From an uncultured delta proteobacterium (lineage in GTDB: Bacteria; Desulfobacterota; Binatia; UBA9968), in contig CAVTUQ010000019.1 of assembly GCA_963737905.1 (NCBI GenBank), positions 64,001 through 128,000 of the forward strand: a stretch of 64,000 nucleotides of DNA. The letters run 5' to 3'. Shown piece by piece: positions 49,133 through 58,707 of this stretch. The position numbers and the translations under genes are program-made. Position 1 is the stretch's first letter, and each line of letters begins with the position of its first letter. Under the pieces are notes generated by a model that searched no databases, was not told where the DNA came from, and worked only from the letters and a program-made list of their open reading frames with translations.

Positions 49133-49871
49133 ATGGCTCAGACCATAGATCATATTGTCGATCCCAATGATACGAGCCTGACGTCGGAGATGGTGCAGTT
49201 TACGAGCACCGGGGGAAACATCAACGCATATGTATCCCGTCCGAAGGATGGCAAGAATTTGGGCACCGTGGTCGTGATTCACGAGAACCGAGGGACTGGT
49301 AGGGCATATTAAAGACGTCGCGCGGCACTTCGCCAAAGACGGCTTCGCCGCAATTGCTGTCGACTGCATGAGCCGGATAGGCGGCAGCGATAAGTGGAAC
49401 GGCAGCGACGAGGCCACCAAAGAGATTCAAAAGCTGAACGGTGACATGGTGGCGGAGGATCTCACGGCGGCCGTGGCGTATATGAAAAAGCAAAATTACG
49501 TGAACGGTAAATGCGGCGTCGTTGGTTACTGCTGGGGCGGCGGTCAATCACTAAACTTCGCCACCAAGTGTAAAGACCTCAATGCCGCGGTGGTGTACTA
49601 CGGCCGAAATCCCAATCCCCTGGAATCCGTAGCGAACATTCCCTGCGCCGTCATGGGTAACTATGGGGAAGACGATCCGAATATCATGCCCGGTGTCGAG
49701 CCGCTAAAGGCTGCACTGGGAAAGGCCGGCAAGAGTTTTGACGTTAAAGTTTATCCGGGCGCCAAGCATGCGTTTAACAACAATACCAACGCGGACCGCT
49801 ATCATCCAGAGGCGGCGAAGGATGCCTGGGCGAGGACGGTAGGATTTTTTAAGAAGAACTTGGCGGCTTAA
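49133..49871 (+). CDS. Dienelactone hydrolase (single extra G near 49292, probably a sequencing error)
   Basis: VVIHENRG in the ATG 49133 frame continues as LVGHIKDVA..GYCWGG..HAFNN in the 49368 frame. Confidence 0.8.
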
Positions 49872-49915
49872 GCGAGGATCTGATCGGACATGTGGCCTTA
49901 CTTTCCGCAGCAAGG

Positions 49916-50269
49916 CTACATGTCCGGCTTTGCCTGCTCGTCAGTCTCTGACAGTTCTGGTCGCCTGCCAATCGCTTTTCGAGCCACTTCAGGAGTGATC
50001 AGATAAGGCTCCGCGGTGCTGTATCGCCACATTTGTTGAGTTACCTCGGTATCCCCGCCGGTTAGCACAAAAGACAACGCCCCAAAGAATAAGCCCATCG
50101 AGGTGCTAATGACCTTCGAGGGAAGGAACACCGCATTCCCTGCGGTTACGCCCACGGCGACTCCGGCTTTTTCAATCATATCTTCAGCGCGTAACCAAGA
50201 AGGCGCTGCGCCGACTAGAGTTATGGCGAAGGCAAAGGTTGCGAATCCAGTTCTGATTCGTTTAAGCAT
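49916..50269 (-). CDS. Hypothetical exported/membrane protein
   Basis: Signal peptide from MLKRIRTG plus hydrophobic segments. Confidence 0.55.
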   Translation of the reverse strand: MLKRIRTGFATFAFAITLVGAAPSWLRAEDMIEKAGVAVGVTAGNAVFLPSKVISTSMGLFFGALSFVLTGGDTEVTQQMWRYSTAEPYLITPEVARKAIGRRPELSETDEQAKPDM

Positions 50270-50273
50270 TGAA

Positions 50274-50720
50274 CTACCCTCTGAGAAAAAATTTCGATCG
50301 GATAGCATTGACGCCATGGGAAGGGTTCCAATAACGCCGCACCCCGAAGTAATAGCAGCAACTCTCATTATCCAGATCGTTGTTAAAACAGCGGAGCTGC
50401 CCATCTTGAAAACGAACACGGGCAAGGCATGTCCCGCCCGGTACCGACGATGTCATGATTTCCGTGACAACTCCCATGCCCCATTCCTCATAGCGAACAT
50501 GGGTCACCTCATCACCGACGCGGAGATAGAGTCGTTTTGCTTCGGTGAATGTTTGCGGTCGCTCCGGACGGTTGAGGTGGCTACGGGAGTCGAGTTGCGT
50601 CGCCGTTTCGGGTGGCTTGGCAACTGTCTCGCAGGTGGACTCTCGCATCCGTTTATTTCGTTCCGTAGTCGGAGAAGCTATGAACTCCGACTTCGCATTA
50701 GATGGCTTGCTACGTTTCAC
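50274..50720 (-). CDS. Hypothetical protein with SH3-like/DUF3553-like domain
   Basis: GDEVTH..EEWGMGVV..RVRFQDG. Confidence 0.5.
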   Translation of the reverse strand: MKRSKPSNAKSEFIASPTTERNKRMRESTCETVAKPPETATQLDSRSHLNRPERPQTFTEAKRLYLRVGDEVTHVRYEEWGMGVVTEIMTSSVPGGTCLARVRFQDGQLRCFNNDLDNESCCYYFGVRRYWNPSHGVNAIRSKFFLRG

Positions 50721-50856
50721 AAAGTCCTACTTTTTATCGCGTCGTGTTTTAAGTTTTTTCTTCACCGCCAACGTTTCAATTCAACGTCCTGTATAACCCA
50801 TAATCACCGAATTAGGGTATGAGAGTCAAGGCTTGCCGATTCCCGCCTCGAAAAAT

Positions 50857-51741
50857 TTATAGCACTTCTCCTGGATAAAGGAATGGCAAGATTTGGTCGG
50901 CGAGGCCGCCTGGATTGTCCAGGTGGACCATGTGGCCGGCATTATCAACTTCGGCGAATTGTTTGTCTCGGACGACCGCCAACCGTGGTTGTCGGTCGGG
51001 ACGTTGGGAGTGGCGGCTCTGTTTGCCATCGACGACGAGGACAGGGCATTCGATGCGGCGAAAAAACTCAACGGCTTGAGCTGAGTAAAAGGGCTGAGGA
51101 GAGACGGTGCGATGCAGCGGATCAAATTTCCAGACCCACTTGCCTTTGGTATTCTGTTTCATTCCCGAGCGTGCCAAGTCCAATGCCAGCTCGCTGCTCA
51201 GACGCGGATTGGTTTGTTGGAGCTGCCTGGCGCCTGCCTCGACAGTGGTATATTGACGGAAATGATTTCGGCCGCGATCGTGAAGCTCTGTAATCCATTT
51301 TTCCATACGCACCGGGGCGTCCGAAAAATTCATGCCCAGGGCACCGATGCCTTCGATCAACACGAGCTGCTGCACTTTTTTTGGAAAGGTGCCGGAATAG
51401 AGAAAAGAGATCGTGCCGCCCATGGAGTGACCCATGAGTTTGAACCGCTCGACTCCAAGCGAGCGGATCACGCAATCCAGATCGAAAACGTAATCGGGGA
51501 AATGGTAATAACCCCCCGCACCCACCCAGCCACTGTCGCCGTGTCCACGACAGTCCGGCGCGACAACCCACAGAGCTTGTTTAACCTTATTTTGGATCGA
51601 TCGCACAAACGGTTGCCAACTGCCCGCCTGATCCAAAAAGCCGTGGACTAAGATCAGGGGTTCTCCAGCCGGTTCTCCCCATTCCAGATAGTGGATGGCG
51701 AGTCCATGGACGTCGATGAACTTATCGCGGGGCTGGGTCAC
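50857..51741 (-). CDS. Alpha/beta hydrolase
   Basis: HGFLD, DCRGHGDS, GHSMGG, GHMVH. Confidence 0.9.
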   Translation of the reverse strand: MTQPRDKFIDVHGLAIHYLEWGEPAGEPLILVHGFLDQAGSWQPFVRSIQNKVKQALWVVAPDCRGHGDSGWVGAGGYYHFPDYVFDLDCVIRSLGVERFKLMGHSMGGTISFLYSGTFPKKVQQLVLIEGIGALGMNFSDAPVRMEKWITELHDRGRNHFRQYTTVEAGARQLQQTNPRLSSELALDLARSGMKQNTKGKWVWKFDPLHRTVSPQPFYSAQAVEFFRRIECPVLVVDGKQSRHSQRPDRQPRLAVVRDKQFAEVDNAGHMVHLDNPGGLADQILPFLYPGEVL

Positions 51742-52229
51742 GCGGACTCGGTCTTTAGAGTGACTTTAGCGAAGTCTTTTTCCTGGTCCGACCAGGCGAA
51801 GGCGCACACTTCCTTGATAGCCCGGTCGTAAACCGCAACGACAATCTGCGCGGTTCCGGGAAACGTGGGCTCGCCAAACGGGCTGGCAAAGGCCTTATCT
51901 TCGTCGGAAAAATAAGCATCATGGTTGGGATGGGAGTGATAGAAAGCTTTAAGCCTAGCGCCGTTCCTTTTGGCCTCGTCAATCACGAGCTCCAGTTCTT
52001 TGTAATCCATCGCGTAGGCGATGGCCGCCGTGCGCGGGTAGGTTTGCGGATCAAGGGCGTGCAACTGATTCTGGATATTTTTCAAGCGGTGGACTCGATC
52101 AATGGCGCCATCGGATAAGATCACACCGCAGCACTCTTCGGGAAAAGTCTCCAGTGCGTGTTGAGCCATCTCTTCCAAGGCGTTTTCAGATAGGAACAAC
52201 TCTATGGGATTATTCATGGCTTTCCGCAA
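51738..52229 (-). CDS. M67/JAB-domain metallopeptidase (Mec-like)
   Basis: PEECCG and YHSHP..FSDED JAMM motif. Confidence 0.88.
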   Translation of the reverse strand: MRKAMNNPIELFLSENALEEMAQHALETFPEECCGVILSDGAIDRVHRLKNIQNQLHALDPQTYPRTAAIAYAMDYKELELVIDEAKRNGARLKAFYHSHPNHDAYFSDEDKAFASPFGEPTFPGTAQIVVAVYDRAIKEVCAFAWSDQEKDFAKVTLKTESA

Positions 52230-52297
52230 TCAGCTGCTCACGATATTTAACACTGGATAGTCACGAATTACTATCGCACAGGCCGAATTCAGTTGGC

Positions 52298-53254
52298 TTA
52301 TTGACACTTCCTTTCACTCGCCCAAATGAGCCGCGTCATGATCTCATTGCAGGGAGTTGGAATTCCGAGTTCTTGTCCATCGCGCCAGATCGCACCGTTA
52401 ATGGCGTCGATCTCGGTGCGCCGGCCGCGTTGCAAATCTTGGAGCATCGAGCTCTGGTGATGGTACGTGGAAGGGAGCAGGTGACTATAGAAAAGCGCGC
52501 GATAGTCATCCACCGTGCTCCACAAGCATTCGACGCCTTTTCTTTCGGCCACGAGGAAAGCCTCGTCAATGATGCGATCCATAATTTGCCGCAATTCGGC
52601 TGCGTCCCCGAGGACACCGTAATGGACGTGAAGTAGCGCTCCCAGCGCATTGAGCGGAGCATTGTAGAACATTTTGGCCCAAAGATAGGCAAGGATTCTC
52701 ACTGTGGCCTCGCACGGGATGTCGGCGCGCTTGAAAGCCCTGATCCAGTAATGAACCCGTTCCAACATCACACAATCAGAAACCTCGAGAGGACCGATAA
52801 TAATCGGCGCAGCCTGTACGGTGACGGTAACTCTCCCGGCCTCCGGAATGATTGCGCCGACAAGAACATTTGCGCCCAAACTTCGCTCCGGGCCGAAGCT
52901 CTTGGCCAGGGTTTCGATGTTGCCGAGACCATTCTGCAAAGAGAGGACGAGCCCGTCACGGTCGATGACTGCGAAGATGTCTTGAGCCATCGACTCGGTG
53001 TCGTAAGCTTTTACCGAGATCAAAACGAGATCGTAGACGCCGGACAAGTCGGTGGTTTTTGTAGCGAGTTCAAAACCGTCCGCGCAGTGATTGCCCCAGA
53101 TGCCATCCAGACGGAGACCGCCGCTGCGGATAGCGCTCAAATGGTTCTCACGGCCGAGGAGAGCGACCGTGTGTCCTGCTTCTCTAAGTAAACAACCGAA
53201 AACCGATCCAATGGCGCCACATCCCGCAACAAGAATTCTTGAGTTGCTGTACAT
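52298..53254 (-). CDS. panE: 2-dehydropantoate 2-reductase
   Basis: GCGAIG, VKAYD, LQNG, WAK, SSMLQD..TEIDAING. Confidence 0.85.
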   Translation of the reverse strand: MYSNSRILVAGCGAIGSVFGCLLREAGHTVALLGRENHLSAIRSGGLRLDGIWGNHCADGFELATKTTDLSGVYDLVLISVKAYDTESMAQDIFAVIDRDGLVLSLQNGLGNIETLAKSFGPERSLGANVLVGAIIPEAGRVTVTVQAAPIIIGPLEVSDCVMLERVHYWIRAFKRADIPCEATVRILAYLWAKMFYNAPLNALGALLHVHYGVLGDAAELRQIMDRIIDEAFLVAERKGVECLWSTVDDYRALFYSHLLPSTYHHQSSMLQDLQRGRRTEIDAINGAIWRDGQELGIPTPCNEIMTRLIWASERKCQ

Positions 53255-53279
53255 TCGGCGAGCGCTGGGAGGTGATATC

Positions 53280-53989
53280 GACTCGTCAAAAAGTGGATGG
53301 GTTTGTTTTACCGTTCTTGTATTGGTGGTATGCGGCCAGCACCAGAGTGGAATATTCTTCGGGAATCTCCATGTCGTTTTCCAGGCGGTTCTTGGTTTCG
53401 GTGGGTCCCATGTTATAGGCAGATCAGAGCGTGGGTGAGGTTACGAAAACTTTTTCTTCAGATCATGGAGGTAGTAAACGCCAAGCTTTATATTGAGAAC
53501 AGGGTCATCCAAGAACTCCGGTCTAAAAGAGTTGGAATTTGGCGGTTGATGCAGACCAACTTTCTGGACTAGGGATTTTGCCACATAGGGAAGGATCTGC
53601 ATGATGCCTCTCGCTCCGGCGGGTGAAACCGCGCCATACTGAAATTTACTTTCCACATCAATCACCGCCAACACAAGCATCGGGTCAAGCCCGTAGCCTG
53701 AACTCTCCTTGAATATGACGTCTGCGAGCTCCCATGTTTCTGCCTCCGTGATGTCGGGCCGATGCGCCCTTACAATGGAATAGATCCTCGTCAGTTCTCT
53801 CGGTGGTGGCTTCTGGGCCACAGGGACCGGGACCAAAGCGGGGGACTCTGCGGCGACGTTTTCTCGCTGCGACGGGTACTCCACGGCCAGAAGAAAAGGG
53901 ATAAATAAAGCGCCGACGAGAAGCAATTTGGTGCAAACAATCGTCAAAGTTAAAGTACGAGCGAGCGTTGTTTTATGACGTTTCTCCAT
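53280..53989 (-). CDS. Lytic transglycosylase (SLT domain); frameshifts near 53450 and 53420; end approximate
   Basis: VIDVESKF, SPAGARGIMQI, NIKLGVYYL; AYNMGP found in another frame. Confidence 0.75.
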
Positions 53990-54218
53990 ACTATAGACCT
54001 CAGGTATTCTATTAGTTGTGGTGATGAGCTGCGGTAGCTACAAAGGCTTTGGTTTAGCTATCAAAGAGCGGGAGGGATGTCAACGAAAAAATCAGGAAAA
54101 AAACTCTAAGCCGCGTATCTCGGGAAGAAAACGTTCGCGATACTCGCTTTCGCGGGTATGACGGTGGGGCGCGTGCTGATTTATTTTGTGAACTTTAGTT
54201 CCAGGACACTGGCCGCTT

Positions 54219-55442
54219 TTAGTAAATAACTTCTGCTTCGACGAGCTGGTTATATTCCTGCTGGCTCAAACCGAGCAGATCACGATAGAAGTATTCGTTG
54301 TGCTCCGCCAAGAGCGGGTCCCGCTTCGACGGGCCGGGTGGTGTCTTGGTGAGTAAGAAAGGCGGGCGTTGGTAGTGCATCGCGCCGATTTCCGGATGTT
54401 CCAGTTCGACCCATTGCGGTCGCTGGGACAGCTGGGGATCGCTGTAGACGTCTTTCATGGTGTTGACGATAGCGCCTTTGACGCCCGCCGATTGAAGTTT
54501 CTCCATCACTTCCCGAGGGGTGAACCCGCTGGTCCACTCGCCGATTCTGCGATCGAGATCGTCTTCGTTGGCCTTGCGTGATGCGTGGGAAGAGAATTTC
54601 GCATCAGTGGCCCAGCCTGGATTGCCCATGACGCTGCAGAGCGCTTTCCATTCGGATTCAGAGTGAACGCTCAAAGCACACCAGTTGTCATCGCCTTGGC
54701 AGGGATAGGCGCCATGCGGCGATGCGTAGGGATCGCGGTTCGCGTTGCGGCCGGCAACCGTCCCGTTGACTTTATAGTCCAAGAGAATCGGCGCCAGGTA
54801 CTGGAGGCCCGTTTCGTATTGGGCTGTGTCTATGTGGTTGCCCCTACCGGTGCGCCGCCTGTAGTCCAACGCGGCCAAAATCGCGACGGCGCCGTAGGCC
54901 ACGGCGATGTAGTCGATGTAAGGTCCATAGAGAATCTGTGGAGAGCCATCGGGGTATCCCGTGAGATGCGTGAAGCCCGCCAACGAAGACAGCTGGGAAC
55001 CAAAGCCCGCGTGATGGGCGTGAGGCCCGGTTTGACCTAGATTCGAGGTGCTCAGCATGACGATGTCAGGTTTTATCTTCTTGAGACTTTGATAATCGAG
55101 ACCCAGCCGCGCCATGGTTCCCGGGCTAAAGTTTTCTATGACCACATCGGACCAAGCCACAATCTTTTTGGCCAGCTCGGTTGCTTGCGGCGACTTTTTT
55201 AGATTCAGAGTGATATCCAGTTTGTCGTTGTTGCAAAGAGCGAAGAGGCCGGAGCGGTTGAGGCCGTGAATATTGTCTTTGTAGGGCGGATAATGAGTAC
55301 GGAAGCCGTCGGGGCGGACTCTGGATTCGATATGCACCACGGTTGCGCCGTGGTCAGCCAGGTGCTTGCCGACGGCGGGCCCGGCGGCGAAGGCGGCGAA
55401 TTCGACGACCTTGACACCTTTGAGCGACTGCATGGCGATCAA
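54219..55442 (-). CDS. Family III (CaiB/BaiF) CoA transferase
   Basis: LADHGA, IENFSPG, YIDYIA (catalytic Asp region), PLLAEHN. Confidence 0.9.
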   Translation of the reverse strand: MIAMQSLKGVKVVEFAAFAAGPAVGKHLADHGATVVHIESRVRPDGFRTHYPPYKDNIHGLNRSGLFALCNNDKLDITLNLKKSPQATELAKKIVAWSDVVIENFSPGTMARLGLDYQSLKKIKPDIVMLSTSNLGQTGPHAHHAGFGSQLSSLAGFTHLTGYPDGSPQILYGPYIDYIAVAYGAVAILAALDYRRRTGRGNHIDTAQYETGLQYLAPILLDYKVNGTVAGRNANRDPYASPHGAYPCQGDDNWCALSVHSESEWKALCSVMGNPGWATDAKFSSHASRKANEDDLDRRIGEWTSGFTPREVMEKLQSAGVKGAIVNTMKDVYSDPQLSQRPQWVELEHPEIGAMHYQRPPFLLTKTPPGPSKRDPLLAEHNEYFYRDLLGLSQQEYNQLVEAEVIY

Positions 55443-56704
55443 ATAACTCCCTGCGTTTGTAACTCGGCGATTTGCGCCGGTGATATTCCAAGCTCCTGAC
55501 CGTAGATCTCCCGGTTATGCTCGCCGATTAACGGAGCGCGACGCCAGATCTGACAAGCTCCCTCAGAGAACTTCGCGAAGCCTCCGGGATAGTCGATCGA
55601 AGTGTGCAGTTCGGGATGCTCGATCGTCTGCCAGAAGTTACGCGCTTGGTGCTGAGGATCGGCAAAAATCTCTGTCACGGCGGCCACGGGGTAGCCGAGC
55701 ATTTGTCGCTTAACGACTTCTTTAAAGAACTCGGTTTTAGTGATGCCCTGAAAAAAGCTTTCGATGGGCTCTTCCATGCGATCGATTTCTTCCTGGGTGA
55801 CCTGGGCGATGTCAAAAGTTTTCCAATCTTTTTGCTTCAGGAAATCCGGCGCCATGCCTTTGCTGTCCATCCATTCGACCAGCGCCTGATTCGTTCGTCT
55901 GCCGGCTTCACCGCCGTAAATGATAAAGTTCAAATAGCCATCCTGGCAGGGCCAGAAAACTCTCATCTTTGCCCCGGTAATACTGCGCCCGGTCATGAAC
56001 GAACCGGCGCGTTTTTCCACGTGGCGGTTGAGATCCCAAAATACATGGGCATGGGAAAACGCCCACAACAAGCAAGCCTGCGCCGAAACGTCGACTTGCT
56101 GCCCCTCTCCGGTAAGTTCGCGATGGGTGTGCGCTATCAACGCTCCCATGGCGGCGTAGGAACCCGTCCAGCCATAAGACTGTGGAAAAGTCACGCGCAG
56201 CGGCGGGCGATCTGGATCGCCGGTCAGTGACATACAGCCGCTCAGCGCCATGATTTCGATATCGGAAGCTTTAAACTTGCTGTAGGGTCCGGTCTGACCA
56301 AAGGGCGTAATGGAGGTGACGACGAGGCGAGGATTGATCTTGGCCAACGCTCCGTAGGCCAGGTTTAGACCGTCTAGATAGCCGGGTGTGAAAGTCTCAA
56401 CGACGAAATCCGCTTTGGCAACAAGTTGAGAAAAGAGCTCCCGTCCCTTGGCGGATTCCAGATTGAGCGTGATGCCGCGCTTGTTGTTGTTAAAGCCGAA
56501 CCAGAACAGGCTCTTTTCCGGGTCCGGCTGATCACCATAATAGGGACCGAGTCTTCGTGCCGGGTCGCCTCCGGGCTGTTCGATCTTGATAACATCCGCG
56601 CCGAGATCCCCCAAGATCTTGCCGCACAAAAACCCCAGCTCGTTCGTAAGATCGAGCACTCGGTAGGGAGAGAGGATTCCCGCGTTTCTATCCGTAGAAG
56701 CCAT
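55439..56704 (-). CDS. Family III CoA transferase, second subunit
   Basis: RVLDL, LGDLGADVIKIE, NKRGITLNL, APLIGEHN; ATGA-type overlap with the next gene. Confidence 0.9.
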   Translation of the reverse strand: MASTDRNAGILSPYRVLDLTNELGFLCGKILGDLGADVIKIEQPGGDPARRLGPYYGDQPDPEKSLFWFGFNNNKRGITLNLESAKGRELFSQLVAKADFVVETFTPGYLDGLNLAYGALAKINPRLVVTSITPFGQTGPYSKFKASDIEIMALSGCMSLTGDPDRPPLRVTFPQSYGWTGSYAAMGALIAHTHRELTGEGQQVDVSAQACLLWAFSHAHVFWDLNRHVEKRAGSFMTGRSITGAKMRVFWPCQDGYLNFIIYGGEAGRRTNQALVEWMDSKGMAPDFLKQKDWKTFDIAQVTQEEIDRMEEPIESFFQGITKTEFFKEVVKRQMLGYPVAAVTEIFADPQHQARNFWQTIEHPELHTSIDYPGGFAKFSEGACQIWRRAPLIGEHNREIYGQELGISPAQIAELQTQGVI

Positions 56705-56714
56705 CGTGGTTCTG

Positions 56715-56747
56715 AAAAAAAAGGGCAGGGAGGCAAACCCTGCCCTC
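56715..56747 (-). terminator. Intrinsic terminator between the UbiD gene and the CoA transferases
   Basis: Minus strand agggcaggg-tttgcct-ccctgccct followed by a T-run. Confidence 0.75.
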
Positions 56748-56775
56748 TAACTAACTATGCAGGCGCGGTCCGAAG

Positions 56776-58350
56776 TTATCTTCCGGTGCGGGCCAACGAG
56801 TGCACCCAGCCGTGCATGCGCGACTTGGCATTCTGAATATCCTGGTCGCTAAACCATTTCTTCAAATCAATCTTATCGACAGGATAGACCGGACGCATAA
56901 AATCGCTCTCGTATCCGAAGGGGACCGTGGCATCGATGCCCATGCCGCCTTCAAACATGGTGTTGGAGGCGGTCCATTCTCTCTCACCGGCGGTCATGCG
57001 TTCGGCGGGCATGAAGGTCTGTCCACGTCCGCCGGGAAGCGGATTGATGATATCGGTCTTCGGATTGACGCGGGTGGTGAGACACCACATGACGTCGTCC
57101 ATATCGTAGGGATCGGTGTCTTCGCTGACGGCAATGCACAGCCGCGAACCTTGCGAGGTCGCCAGGATAGCCGCCATGAAATTCCGCTGCCAGCCTTCCT
57201 CGATTCGGTTGCGCTTCTTGACCTGAATGATTGCCCCTCCCCAATCGGTCATGCAATAGGGAATGTTGACATCCATGATGATGCCCGGCTGCATCCGCTC
57301 GCAAAGCTCGAACATGGCGGCCTCGCGCACCGTGGTGTCGATGTTATGGTCATCGAGGGTGTGGACGCCGAGCGTGAAGATAATTGGCTTCGATTCGCGT
57401 TGGCGCGTGGTAACGGCGGTGACATGAAAGGTTGGGGCCTTATAGGCTTTGCCCATGTAACCGGCCCATTCCGGATGAAAATGGAACCGGCCCTGAATGC
57501 CGGCCTTCTCCGACTCTGCGGTTTCGAAGCGGCGATCCCGTGGGTTAACGTAGCCTTCTAAAACCACTTCGGCGTCGGCGAGAGCCATGGCGTCAACCGT
57601 GCGAGCTTTGACCAGGCGCATGGGCGCCCCTTGGACTGCGCCGGCAATACCCACCTCATCGCAGCCCTGCGGCAGGATGACATAATCGAATCCGGCGCCG
57701 GCCAATAGCGAGCCAGCCGGCGGCAAACCGAAGTTCATGGTGATGGGCACGAGTTTGTTGCCTTTGTAATACTTGCTGACGACTTGCCACATGTGGGAAC
57801 CGGGTGAGATCTGGAAGGTTCCGACGTTGCCCCAGCGGAAGTTCATGCGGTTATAGCCAAGGTCTGTTCCGCCATCGAAATATTCACCGGAGATAAGACG
57901 GTTACCGGAACCCACGGTCAGCTCAGGCTCAACGTCCGTGTGACGAATCGGCACGACAAATTCATTGGCTTCGGCCGGCTTTTCGTAAACCTCTTCCTGA
58001 ACCGGCGCATCTTTTTGATCGACGATGACAGGCGGAATAGGATGGGTCAGAGCATAGGCCAGCTTGCGCGTACGGTCCGTGTGGTCTTTCCAACCGAACA
58101 TCTTGTTGATGACGTTCATGTCACCAAAAAGGTTGGTGATGCAGCGATGTTTCGGTTTGCCCTTGATATGACTGAAAAGTATCGGGCAACCGCCATCCAG
58201 TTGCTTTTGGATGCCGGTTATCTCCAAATTGGGGTCGACCTCTTTGTCGGTTAGGAGCAGGTCGCCTTCTTTTTTCAGCCACTCGATAGCGCCGCGTAAG
58301 TCCCTAATCTCCGCGGGTGCCACGCTGTCTTTTTTTGCAGCTTTTGCCAT
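56776..58350 (-). CDS. UbiD family enzyme, phthaloyl-CoA decarboxylase-like
   Basis: GYNRMNFRWGNVGTFQISPGSHMWQ, FHFHPEWAGYMGKAYKAPTF and C-terminal SLARTGR, which I recall from Thauera/Aromatoleum phthaloyl-CoA decarboxylase; adjacent CoA-transferase pair. Confidence 0.8.
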   Translation of the reverse strand: MAKAAKKDSVAPAEIRDLRGAIEWLKKEGDLLLTDKEVDPNLEITGIQKQLDGGCPILFSHIKGKPKHRCITNLFGDMNVINKMFGWKDHTDRTRKLAYALTHPIPPVIVDQKDAPVQEEVYEKPAEANEFVVPIRHTDVEPELTVGSGNRLISGEYFDGGTDLGYNRMNFRWGNVGTFQISPGSHMWQVVSKYYKGNKLVPITMNFGLPPAGSLLAGAGFDYVILPQGCDEVGIAGAVQGAPMRLVKARTVDAMALADAEVVLEGYVNPRDRRFETAESEKAGIQGRFHFHPEWAGYMGKAYKAPTFHVTAVTTRQRESKPIIFTLGVHTLDDHNIDTTVREAAMFELCERMQPGIIMDVNIPYCMTDWGGAIIQVKKRNRIEEGWQRNFMAAILATSQGSRLCIAVSEDTDPYDMDDVMWCLTTRVNPKTDIINPLPGGRGQTFMPAERMTAGEREWTASNTMFEGGMGIDATVPFGYESDFMRPVYPVDKIDLKKWFSDQDIQNAKSRMHGWVHSLARTGR

Positions 58351-58707
58351 TGCCGTCCTCCCAAAAAAATCTGGCCTTTTAACTATTATGATTGAGGCGG
58401 AAACACTCCAACCCGCTAATAAATCGTGAGATTCCTAGGCCCAATCGGATTACAGATTTGGGGAGAGAATTCTCTAATTCGGGATGCCCAAACGGAGTTT
58501 ATGCTTATCTAACATTGACTCAAAAGTCAATGAAGCTGGGACGTGCGGAAACCGTCTAAGGATTATCCTTGAGTCGCAAAAGGTCACAACAGGCAAGCTA
58601 CGGCGCCGGCTTCTCGATTCCGAGCTGAAGGACGGCTCTTTACAGTTGAGATACGGCTTGCTATCAGTGCTTGAATTGTCTTGCGGAGGTCGTTTCGCGT
58701 GAATTAT

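Noticed and set aside
51738-52229. JAB protein as part of a CBASS/ubiquitin-like defence system
   Set aside because: No E1/E2, cyclase or Ubl gene is nearby; it sits in a housekeeping run with panE and resembles Mec-type sulfur-carrier peptidases
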